A stretch of DNA of 64,000 nucleotides from the human T2T-CHM13v2.0 reference genome, Homo sapiens, in NCBI RefSeq assembly GCF_009914755.1, contig NC_060944.1; one strand, written 5' to 3'. The translations under genes were made by a program, and so were the position numbers. The notes below the pieces were generated by a model. That model ran no database searches, was not told the origin of the DNA, and saw only the letters and a program-made list of their open reading frames with translations. This document shows positions 15,666 to 31,085 of this stretch, in pieces (positions within the stretch are counted from its first letter, which is position 1; each line of letters opens with the position of its first letter).

Positions 15666-16194
15666 TTAAAAAATGGGATATTATTGGAAAACTCACAGAT
15701 TCAAACTTTTGATGAGTTACACTGTTTGCCTTGAAAAAATTTAGATCTGCAGATAATTTTTTTCTAAGAAAGTCTGACTTAGAATAATACTATATTTCTG
15801 TAGCTTAATTGATTTAACTGATGAGCTTCTTTGAGCATTTTTACTACTTTTTGCAAATAAGGTCTCAGAATAGCACCGTTTAGATAAAATGCCTAAGTAG
15901 GAATGACTTTTACATAATTCAGTGATGAATAATTAGAAAATAATCATATCAGATTCTTTCAGTTACGCAAAGTGATATATTGACATGGGGAATTTTCTGG
16001 TGTGACACAAGGCAGGTTTTCCTCTAGGAATATTTATAATTTTAAAACCTGTATGAAAACGATCAGTGGATTTGGATATGCAGTTTTAAACTTCAAAATT
16101 AACACCTTTTTATGGGTTATCATTAACCTGGTGATAATTTTACTAATTAATTGTGCCAGTTAAGCTAAAACAAATCTGTATTCTCATATTTTAG

Positions 16195-16234
16195 TTTGCA
16201 TTGGGTGAATGACCTTCCTAGAGCACTTGAGCAG
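16195..16234 (+). CDS. NDUFAF5: NDUFAF5 exon 6
   Basis: ttttag|LHWVNDLPRALEQ|gtaaga; 40 nt. Confidence 0.95.
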
Positions 16235-17101
16235 GTAAGAAAACTTATGTTCATTCAACTATCTTGTGTTATTTTCTTTATTGTTAGAAATCTACAGATG
16301 TTTCTATTTTCACATACTATTTACTTGTAGGTCTGACAGTTGGGAAAGAAATCGGTGAAATCATCTGGTGCCATTTGGCATATTAGTAGTACATTGGGCA
16401 ACTCTCCTTTCCCTGAGAATTTAAGAAATCTAATTGTAGAGATAAGTTTTAAATATTTATGAAAAGCTTAGGAACTGTGCAAAATAATATTGAAATCATA
16501 AGACATTCTCTATGTAGATTTCTTCTTACCCTTAGTTGCCCATAAACTTTTTGCAAGTAGGAACCTACTTATTTATATTTGTATTTTCTCCATGCCTTAT
16601 ACTCAGAGAGTGCTAGGTAAGTTTTTATCGATTGACACGTATCAATAGACAGGTGAGAGGCAGGTAAAAAGTATGTGTTCAAAGGAGAGAACAAGATCCC
16701 TGTGGCTTGACATGGCCTAGAAAAGCTTCAAGAGGAAAGTACTTGAGCAGGGCCTTAGAGGGTAGGTAAAGTTTGGATTGGGAAGGCATTCTAAGAAGGC
16801 AGAATCACAGGATAGGTGGAGAGGCACAAGAGCTTCATCAGCATTAAGGAACAAAAAGGAAACCTGTTTGGAGGACTAGTATAGTGCTGGGAAGTGAGGT
16901 GTGATGTATTGGGACAGTATTTAGGAGGATTTGAGTGTCAGGTTGAGGAATTTGGAGTTTATGCAATTCAGAGCCACTGGAGCATTTTGAAGAGGAAAAT
17001 GACATCATTATAAAGCTGGTGGGCAAAATAATAATGGCCATATCTGAACACGTATGATTTTCCAGTTTCCCGTTACTGTGCTCTGTTTTATATTTGTGTT
17101 A

Positions 17102-17545
<444 letters not shown>

Positions 17546-18404
17546 TTAAAAGGAAGAGTATTTAGGACTCTACAAGGAAAGAATCAACAGTTTGGTGACT
17601 GATTAGATCTGAAGATCAAAGGGAGGAGGCAAAACTCACTTTGAAGTTTTTGAGTCTGGATTAGTAAAAGTAGGGGAAAGAATGTTAATGATCAGATAAA
17701 GGGAATAGAAAATGGCAATAGAAATATGGCAGTTGGAAAGGGGAATTGATTTGATAAATAGATGTTTTCCTTGTAGGGGTTGGAGGGAGCAGGGACGGTG
17801 AGTATGCTGAGAGACAAATGTCCAGGGAATAGGCAGTTGAAGATGACTTTGGACTTCTGAGAAGATGGCCAAGCTGAAGTTAGGGATTGGAAAGTGGTCA
17901 TTGTGAAATCATGGAAGTTGATAAGCTGTCTGAGGGAGAGCGGGGAGCTGCAGAATTCTGAGAACTAAGTCTTAGGTATTTGGTTTAGTAGAGTTTGATG
18001 ACAGGAGGAGGAAGCAACACTAAAGGTGAAGAAGGGAAGGAACCAAAGCTTTTACAAATTATTTACTTAATACTGCTTTTAATTGCTTCATGACATATTA
18101 AATATAAATTTAAGACAGTACTTTTATTAGAAGAGCCTACTGTGATTTGGATTCTGGTTTACTTCAGAATCTACCTTTTCCTGTAATGGTCCTCATTGCT
18201 GAGAATAGTCAATCAAACTAGTTACAGCTTGTAGTCTGAGAGTGAGCAAAATCTGTGATTCTGGAATTCTCTCTGGCCATTATTTTCCTTAAGTTACTAA
18301 TTAGAAATTGGTTTTGTTTTAAAGCTGGAAAATAAATTGATTACTTCTCTTTAACGAAAGGTAATATGTTACTAGGTTAATGCTGTGAATCATAATGATT
18401 TCTC

Positions 18405-18900
18405 TGTAGCTTTTTCTGCATAATAAGGCACCCCAACTTGATGGCTTAAAACAACAACTATGTAGCCCATGATTTTGTGGGTTGGCAGTTGGGGCTGGAT
18501 TTGGTTAGGAAATCTGGGTCTGGCTTGGCTCATCTGTGTGTCTGTGATCAGCTGCCAGATCGTCTGGGAGCTAGCTGGTTTGGAGGGCCTCGGTGCACAC
18601 AGCTGGCTGATCTCTGCCCTACATCTCTCCTCCTCCTCTAGGCTAGCTCAGGCTTGTTCACACATCGTGGCTGGGCTGGGCTCCAAGAGAGCAGGTGGAA
18701 GCATGCAACACATTTGAGACCTAGACGTGGAACTGGCACACTGTCACTTCCACTGCATTCTTTTGGCCAAAGCGAGTCACAAGGCCAGCCAAGATTCAAG
18801 GGGAGGGGAAATAGACTCCCTATCTTGATGAAAGTTGTTAGAAAACGACGTTTCAGAGGCCATAGATGCAGGGAGGTTTGTGATTTTTGCAGCCTACCCC
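18405..18900 (-). mobile_element. MLT1-family MaLR LTR
   Basis: TGGCTTAAAACAACAAC...TTGGCCAAAGCGAGTCACAAGGCCAGCC. Confidence 0.7.
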
Positions 18901-19132
18901 AATTAAATTTTTTTTTCTCTTTCAGCATTTTTCTGATTATAAAACTAAGTTGTATACCTATTAGAAAACTTGAAAACATACAACATATTTTTATAGGCAT
19001 TAATATTAGTGAATGTATAGTTGTCTTTCCAAGTATATTATGCATCATGATTTTCTGACAGTTGGTTGCATTAGATGTTATTTGTTAAATTATGTGATTA
19101 TTAATTTGGCAGAATAAAAGTGGTTGTCATAA

Positions 19133-19435
<303 letters not shown>

Positions 19436-20120
19436 TAACCCATAACTTACACAGTTCAAAAAAGAACTTCTTATCATTTTAAAGATAGAAAACTGTGTGT
19501 GTTCATGGTTTCATGGCACTCTTTCTCTCCCTTTTTTTTTCTTTTTTTAAGGGAAAAGCTCTGATTGACAATGTTTAGTTTGTATAACACATCTTAATTG
19601 ACACAAGGTAGGAATGTATAATTTTTTACTGTTACCTTAAAAAGTAGCTCAAAAAATGTATCATAGTTAACAAGACAAATTTCTAAACATACAACTCCAT
19701 TAGAATCTTCAAATCTAGTATTAGGTGTAAAAAGGGCCTTAGAGTATTCCAGATGATAGGAAGAAAAGGGGATAAGTAGGGGAACCTGTAATATTACCAC
19801 CAATAACTACCCCCAAACAGTGCCATATGAAGCAGAAATGAGAGAATGTGTGTTCTCAAGGCCTAGGGTGAGATCAAGGCTAAAGAAGGTAGGACAGGGT
19901 GCTGTACTCCATTAGGGCTAGAGAAATCTCGAAAGAAGACCCATGGGCAATCAGTGAGTAATAAGCATGAAGTCAGCATGGTACGGTGACGGGGTAGGAC
20001 AGTAGGACTTTGTTCTCCGACAGGAGTAACTTGGATCCTTACCCTATTTCTTTACTAGATAGGGAAATTTGAGTAACTTACCTTTTTGAGCATTTATTTC
20101 TTTTAAAAATGCAAATGTGT

Positions 20121-20432
<312 letters not shown>

Positions 20433-21297
20433 TTACTCACCTCACCCTTTAAAGAGATAAAGGGTGTGAAGTACCAGGACCATGGTAGATGCTCAGCTTA
20501 CATTAGCTCCTGCCTTCCTCTTTCCCCATCACTCTACTCCCAGCATTTTTCTAGAACTAGGCTTCCAAGAGACAGCCATCTGGAGAGAATGATTGCCCTC
20601 TTCTTCCTCCCTCCACTAACAGTCTTTCTAAAGGATGTCATTACTCTCTTCAGAGATCAGTCCAGTAGACTTAATATGAATTTCCAAACCCCTCAGGCCT
20701 AGAAACATCCCTAAACCTGATTAGTGGAAATAGGAATTTCTTGATGAAGAAAGCATCTTGCTACATAATTAGAGATGATAAGCTTAAACGCTAAAATAGC
20801 TGTTTGGCATGATTTTGTGTGAATATATTCATGAAATCAACCAACCAAAAATAGATTGTGTCATATCCTTCCTTGTTTTTATAGAAGCAAGGGGCATGGG
20901 CAAGCAGGGCCCCTGATGTTGGAAAGGAGCCTCCAGGGAGGGAAGAATTAACAGGCTGGAGGACTAGGCTGGGAACTGAAGAGAACCCCGGAGGCTTCAC
21001 ACCTGTGACTAGTGTTGATCTTTTGTTAACTTTTAAATGGCCTGAGTCCATAGAAACTGCATCCTGAGAGGTTGCTCGGCTAGAAAGCGGAAAACCGCTT
21101 CACATGAGTGCTCTACTTTGTAATGAAAATAAACACTATTAATACAGGCAATTGTACACTGAAGGATCATTGTATTTATATTTGTAATTGTATAAGTAAC
21201 ACAAATATATTTTGGTTGTAACTATTAAGCTATACAGATAAAGCGAAAGTCTGTCATTCCCCCTTAATCCTAAAAATGCTTAGCTCTCTCTTGAGAG

Positions 21298-22112
<815 letters not shown>

Positions 22113-23391
22113 TCCTAGAGGTAGCTACTATTATCACTTTAGTGTGTAACCTTCCAGACTTTTTTTTTTTTAACAAGGACTACTTTATATAGACAGTCAT
22201 ATGTATTCACACATTTCTGAAACTTTTTTTATTAACAGTATATGTATTTCCAATATACTGTTAATAGTTTTCTAAATTGGTATGGATATATTTGCACTCC
22301 TTAATTTCCGCATATTATTTCCTAGTATGAATGTACCACAGTTTTACTTAACTATTTACCTGTGAATGACCTTTAGGTTTGTTCTGATTTTTTGCCAATA
22401 GTAGCAATGCTGCAGTGAATATCCTTCTATACAAATTCATTTATGTATTCAGTCTTGCAACAAACATTTACTGAGTACCTTCTGTGTGTCTGGTACTATC
22501 CTAGGTACTTCAAATATAGCAGTGAACAAAACAGAAATCCCTGCGTGGTGTTTTTGGGTTTATAGCAGGCCTGTTGGTAAACTTTAGACCGTTCAATAAT
22601 ACTGGGATGTTGTACACAAAATTTGTGGTGGTGGTGTTCATAAATGGAGGAAAGTACCCATGGTTTTCATCAGATCTTGAGAGAGCTAATATAACTAAAA
22701 ATAGATTAGGAACCAGTGATTTAAAGCCTTTTTGATAATATTTATTTTACTTATAATATGGAAAAAATTTCCTTTACAGTCTACCCTCTTGAGAATCGTC
22801 TCCTATATTGCTGTGTCACCAACCTATCATTGAGATGAAAAAAGAATCTCCGGGAATGTAAAGCCTCTAAAAAGTATAGGAGGTGTAGGGCTGGGATGGT
22901 GTGGCGATGTGTAGTGCACATTTTCATGAGGTGATGTTAAAAAATTTATACGAGGTCATACAGGTTAGTCAGCAATATTACAGGACTCAAAAGTTATTGC
23001 CCATTACGAAAAAAATGGGATTTCTGCTAATCACCAGAAGAAAGTTAAATTATGTGAACTACACATGGTTTTCTGTGGTTATAAAGAATGAGTTTTAGAA
23101 AGATTTCTACTAAAAATGTTTAACCTGATGTTAAAATGTTTAAAAGCCTACATTTCTATTAATTGGGAAATATAATTCAGAATACTATCCATATTCTCTA
23201 AAAATGAGCCTAATGACTCATACTTTAATATAATATAAAAATATTGGTGTAGAATCTTCTTTAGTTTATACAATTAGAAAGTTGCTGATTTAATAAGAAA
23301 GTTATGAGAATGTCTTCTTGAATCATTACATTTATCCTGTGAGGCATGTATACAGTTTTGTTTCTGAGGTGCTGTATTAATATTGCGTCCT

Positions 23392-23670
23392 GGCCAGGCA
23401 CAGTTGTTCACTCCCATAATCTCAGCACTTTGGGAGGCCTAGGTCAGAGAATCACTTCAGCCTGGGATTTCAAGACCAGCCTGGGCAACATAGGGAGTCC
23501 TCATCTCTAAAAAAAAATTTTTTTAAATAGCTGGGCCTGCCTGTAGTCCCAGCTACTCGGGAGGCTGAGTTGGAAGGATTGAGCCTGGGACGTTGAGGCT
23601 GCAGTGAGCCATGATCTCACCACTGCACTCCAGCCTGTGTGACAGAGCAAGATCCTGTCTCCAAAAAAAA
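23392..23670 (+). mobile_element. AluJ
   Basis: Diverged Alu dimer. Confidence 0.88.
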
Positions 23671-23960
23671 TAATAGTAATATGTGTTCTAATTCATTTTC
23701 TAAAAATTCCCATCCAAAAAAGCTTTTGTATAATCAGCTATACAGGTTTATGTTGCATACATTAGATATATTACTTTTACGCTACAATGGATTTTTATTT
23801 TTAAAGTGAAATCGAGTCAGATTAGTATCATATAGATGTATTTACATCTTAATGTATTTTCATCTTAATGAATTATTTTCAGAGAATGAGCATTCTAAGT
23901 AAAGCTGATTTCCGTTTTAGAACTGAACTACCAGACTAGTACTTTAAGAGAATGGTGCAA

Positions 23961-24357
<397 letters not shown>

Positions 24358-24580
24358 TTAGTTGGTTGCACTGAAGAATTGTTTTCAAAGGATATTGCTT
24401 AATGGCTAGATAACAGCCTGGAAAGAATTTTGTTTTTAATCTTAGGATCTCCTCTTAAAAACAGCTTGTTAATATGGAAAAGTATATGGATGATGAATGT
24501 TCATGGTCTCACTACCTAGAGGTCTCATTAAAAAGCATACACAACCTGATACACGTATATGTTTTTTTAAAGAAGAGTAA

Positions 24581-25080
<500 letters not shown>

Positions 25081-25396
25081 TCCTCCTGACTTCTCAAACC
25101 CTGGTCCCTTTCCCCAAAGATTTGTTAGCTGTGTCTTAGACATCGTTTCAGATCCACTTTTTTTTATAGACCCATAGAATACACTTATGTCATTTAAACT
25201 TACTTATATAATATTACATGCACTCTTTTGCTTTTTTTTTTCCAGTCAATAACATGTCTTGGAGATTTTTTTCCTATAGACATGTATCTACCTTATTTTT
25301 TGAGAACTGTACAGTATTTTATAGAATACATATTCTTTAATTTGTTTAACCAGTCCTCTATTAATGATGTTTAGATTTATTTTAGGCTAGTTTCCA

Positions 25397-25705
<309 letters not shown>

Positions 25706-26574
25706 CTAGTTTCCAATAAGAATAAACCCCTACTTTTAGTGCCTAACACAATAAAGTTTTATCACATCACAGCTGCGTGCTGGTGGGACAGCCCATCTCC
25801 GTCTTGTAGCTGTGCCATCTGGCCCTGTGTTCTATAATCTGGCCCTGTGTTCTATAAGATCACCACAGCAAAAGAGATGGCCTGGAAAAGGCTCTAGCTC
25901 TTAACTGTCTTGCCCCTCCTTTCTTTGGCCAAAAGAAATATGTGTTTGAGATTGGGAAGTGTCAAGGAGCACCTGGATATTTGGGGAGCATCAGTGGTCT
26001 CTGCCACTGTACCAACAGTTAAGTCCTGTATCAGGCTTCAAAAAGAAGAGGAAGTCATTACCCAATTGTTCATTTGAGAAACAAACTCCACATGTATCAG
26101 CAATGTGCTCATTTCCTAAACAAGCCTATTGGCTGCATTACTAGATATAGAATGAAATATTTTGATTCTAGGTGCCCCATTTTAAGAAAGATTGATATTG
26201 ACACTGTCCAGGGACATGTAGTCAGAACATGTAAGGATCTCCAGATTTTTGTGTCCTGAAGGTTTTCAAAGACTTGGAGGAGAGGGCAATGGTTTGTAGG
26301 GTACAGAATACTCTTATTCTGTGTGGTTCCCAAGGAGAGAACTAGAACCAATGATGGAGTTTTAGGATGATTTCTCTCACAATGCAGGATATTTAATCAG
26401 CAATTAGAGACTTTCATAAATCAAACATAAGCCAGATGACATCTATGAAGAATATTGTAAATATTTTTTGCTTAGCATGGGAGATTGGTCTGGGTAGTCT
26501 CTGCGGCCTCTTTTTTAAATCTGGAATTTTGTATCATGAATGTCAAATGAATATTTCTTTTTCTTTTTAAATAG

Positions 26575-26635
26575 GACACTGATGAAATTCAAGTTAACTA
26601 TCCTGGAATGTTTGAATTGATGGAAGATTTACAAG
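26575..26635 (+). CDS. NDUFAF5: NDUFAF5 exon 8
   Basis: aaatag|DTDEIQVNYPGMFELMEDLQ(G)|gtaagg; 61 nt. Confidence 0.95.
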
Positions 26636-26709
26636 GTAAGGCACTTTAAAGAATTTTTAGACTCCATTGGGAAAGGTAGGCCAAAAAAAAAGAATTTTTA
26701 GACTCCATT

Positions 26710-29500
26710 TGAGAGAAACATTTTGAGAGCCAGCTCTTTGGCAGGCACTGGGCAAAGCACTAGGGATCCATTGTTGAGGAGAAAGCAGACTGTCTTCATG
26801 GAGCTTCTGATATAAAATGGAGGAGGCAGGCACCAGGCAGCTGTCACAGAGATAAGTGTTAAATTAGAATTATGGTCAGTGCTATGAAGTAGAGGCATAT
26901 AGTGCTACGGCTGTTTGTAAAAAGATGGCGGGACTTTTTTTTGAAGGGTGCACTTGAGGATGATGGAACACATTGGTGACTTCCTTCAGCCACACTTGGC
27001 AGCTGAGATACAGGAATGAAGGTAGTTGAGTTGGTTTAGAAGTAGGGTTTTGTCAGGGGGAAATGTCCCAGTCTGGGAGACTCAAAAAGAAGTGTTATCT
27101 GAGGAAGTAGCAATTGAGCTGTGCTCTAAAAAAAAATGGAGATGAATTAACTGGGTAGACAGAGTAGGCAAGTGAATCTGAGGCAAGGAGAACAGCATAT
27201 GCAAAGGCCCTCCTGTGAGAATGAACATAGCAAGAACTGAAAGAAGGGCATTTTGGCTGGTGTTCAGGGAGTAAGAAGGAGAGAGTTAAGTGATGACCTT
27301 GGTGGGTCAACGTGAGTCACAGATCAAATGCAGAAGTACTTTATAGGCCTTGTTAAAATTGTTTGCCCTTATCTTAAAATGCCCCTTGAGGCATCTTAGA
27401 GAGGTAACAGTATCAGACTTGGATTTTGAAAAGAGTAGATTGGCAGATAAACTAGTCACGAGATTAATTTCAGTATAGCTTGCTGAGAGATGATGGTAGT
27501 TTGTACTAAGGTGGTGGCAATGGAGATGAAGAGAAGCAGATTCATCCCAGAGATGTTTAGGAGATAAATTTTGCAGTTCCTGCTGGTGGATTGGCTGTGG
27601 GCAGATGAAGGAGAAAGACATTTGAAGCTTAATTGCTGAGTTTCTAGCTCACATAGAGAGATGGTGTCCTTCATTGATAGAAGAAACAATAGAAGAATAC
27701 CAGGTGTGGGCAGGTACAGCCCTTGAGTTTACATTTGGATACATTGGGTTTGAAGTGCTTTTGAAATACCTAAGAGGTTATGTCAAGTAGGCAGTTGAGT
27801 ATGTGGGTAGGTAGCTCAGAGGAAGCTACTGGCTTGGTTAAAAAGTTGGGAGTCAGTTGTGAATAGGTGGCATTCAAAGCGTTTGCCTAGGATAAGAACA
27901 TGGAGTGAGCAGACAAAGTGGCTTGGTACTGAGGCTTTAGCAGGTGGGTAGTCGACGTCTGAGCCTACAAAGAGACTGAGAAGGAGTAGCCAGCAAGGTG
28001 TTCCAGAAAAACACCAGAAAAGTGTAGAATTGCCTGAACCAAAGGAAAGAAAGAATGTTTCAAAACAAAGGGAGCACTTAGCAGCGTTAAAAGCAAACTA
28101 TGAACTGAAAAGGAAGTCCGCTAGATTTAGGAACAAGAAGGTTATTGGTGACCCTGGTGAGAGCTCTTTTGTTAGAGTGAGGAGAGTAGAAGAGGAGTAG
28201 GTTGAGGAGTAAGTGGAAAGTGAGGAACTGGAGATAGCAGATATGTGCTGTTCTTTCAAGAAGTCTGGTGGTGAAGAAGAGGTGAAGGATGGAAAGGTTA
28301 CAGGTGTCAGAAGAGAGGAGAGGAATAGAAGTTGAGATGAGGTTGTTTTTTTTTTTCTAAGACTTGAATTTATTTAATTGCTGACTAGAAGAATCTAAGT
28401 GCTTTCCTAGAAGAGGTGACTCTAGAAGAGAGAGAAAAGATAATTGATGATGACAGGTGTCTGAGAAGGTGGGAAGGGTGCAATACAAAGGCCAGTGGAG
28501 GGGTTGACCTTGGTAAGGGGAGAGGCAAAGTTATAGCAGGAAGGGAGAAGAGGTAGCACCAAAGGATGTAGGTGTTTATGTTTGAAAACAAGAAGTTCCC
28601 ATCTTGTGGGTCTATTTTTTTTGTCAAACTGGAAGTAATATATGCTAAGAATGAAAGGGTCAGAGTTTTGAGAAGTGAATGGAACCGTTTGAAATAGTCA
28701 TTATAGGGAATGAGAAGGTGAACTGACCATCAACAGGAGGTGGCAGCTCAGGACCAGGCACGAAAATCGGATAGTTGAATTAGTTTGGGTTGGGGGTTTG
28801 CTAGTTAAAAGTGACAAAAAGACAAAGGTAAAAGATAATTCTAGGAGTATAATTGAGATAATAGGTTAAAGAATCTTAGCTGGAAGAAAAGGGAAGTGGG
28901 AACAAGAAAGAGTGAGCTGATAAATTGGGAGGAAAAAGAGGAGCTGAGCACAGGTGGTTCCAGTGTGGTCAGGGATGGTCACGGTTGAAGTTCCTGAACA
29001 CACTGGAGGGACAGGAGGGTATGGTCAGAAAATGAGATGTTTGATGATTTTGGAAGTAAAGCAGTTACAAGTGATAACGGTCTGGGACGTGTCTCAGGTA
29101 TCAAGGCAGAGGTGGTGTGATGGAGTGGTTGATTAGAGATGAGATTTTAAAATCTTAACTTGCTGATTATTAACATGAAGTCACCCAGGATGGTGGCAGT
29201 ACTGGAGTGTAGAGGAAAACTGAGCCAAGTGCCAAACCTTTCAGTGAATGAGGGGAGTGACTAGCCTGATGTCAGACAGCAAGCAGGAGTTAGGAGGAGC
29301 TAACAGCCTTCTGGTGTGGGGCCTCAGCAGGGTGAAGGTGTTTAATAGGGTAGGGAAGTAATGGCTTGGAAGAGGCTTCAAGGAGTAAGAAGGATACAGA
29401 CCAAACTCTGAAAGAGGTTAGATATGCAAAATATATGCAAAAATAAACTATTACTTGAAAGGGATGCTGGAGAAGCAGTTTCCTTAAAAGAGAGCTTCAA
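26710..29500 (-). mobile_element. Long degenerate L2 (about 2.8 kb)
   Basis: Purine-rich plus strand with L2 antisense motifs (GGCACTGGGCAAAGCACTAGGGAT, GCAAAGGCCC, GGCAGTTGAGTATGTGGG). Confidence 0.7.
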
Positions 29501-30677
29501 CTTGCGTCCTTTGTGGGAATTTGTGAGGTGGTTCTTTTATATATATAGACTGACATCAAAAATCATTTCGATGAATGGGGGAAGCAAGAGGGGTTAAAGG
29601 TATGTTCTGTGAATCCAGAACTACACTTACCTAGGGGAGCCTTCATCTGGATCCTGAAAAATTGTAAGATGATTTAAAGAAAGAGGATTATACAAATAAG
29701 TATCTAGTCTTTACTTACAGATTTATAGTCTTTTGTGAGCATTGTTGTTCTTGCTTCCTTAAGTTACGAGTGAGAATAATTAGGGCCAAAGAGAACAGTT
29801 ACCTGTCAAGTGGCAGAATTAGCTGCCAAACTCATGCTTCTTGGCTCTGCCCTGGCACTGTCTGAACTGACCCTGTTCCTTCTTGTGTTGCCCATCTGTA
29901 ACAAGGTTCATTTGACCTATCGTGCAGCCTCCTCTGAGTGTGGAGCTTCTGTCACTCTGCAAACGGAAAGATGCGTAGCTGAAATCTTACCATTGTCGTC
30001 AGTTTTCATTCATTAATAGAGGGATTGGCAGCCTGTAGCATGCATGGCCAAGATAACAGAGGATCAGTAATAAGTCACACACACCCCTTCCCCAGCATAC
30101 CCCAAGGACTTACCTGATGTAATCAAGGAGCCACTTTATCCAAAGGCTTGAGAGATGATGGTGGGCTGATGATATATCACTCGGGCTCTAATAATAAAAA
30201 TGTTATTCAAATACAGCATTTATTTTTGTTCTGCTGTAGAATCTGTGTTCATGATTCATTTCAAGAAAGAAAAGAGAAACATACTAGAAATTAGACCTCT
30301 CTGTTGGAAAAAGTTACTTCCCACTGATTTCAACATATGAGCAGCACTTAACTCTGTGCTTAGTGCAATTCTCTGAGGTTTTTCTAATACCCTAATTTTA
30401 CCGGTGAGCAAATTGAGGCATCGAGAAGTTAAGTATCTTGTCCATGGTCACACTGAATCTGTAGTTACAATTTGAATTCAGAGTCCTGTACTGCATATTT
30501 GATATGTATGTGATTCTTTAAATTCAGGTTAACATGTATATTCAGCGAAATGTATTAATCTTAAAGGTACAGCTGCTTGTATTTTAACCACCATCCTGAA
30601 CAAAATATTGAACATTTTCAGTCTCCCAGAAGGTAGCCTTGTGCTCCTTCCAAATTGATAACCCCCTCTTTTCCTAA

Positions 30678-31085
<408 letters not shown>

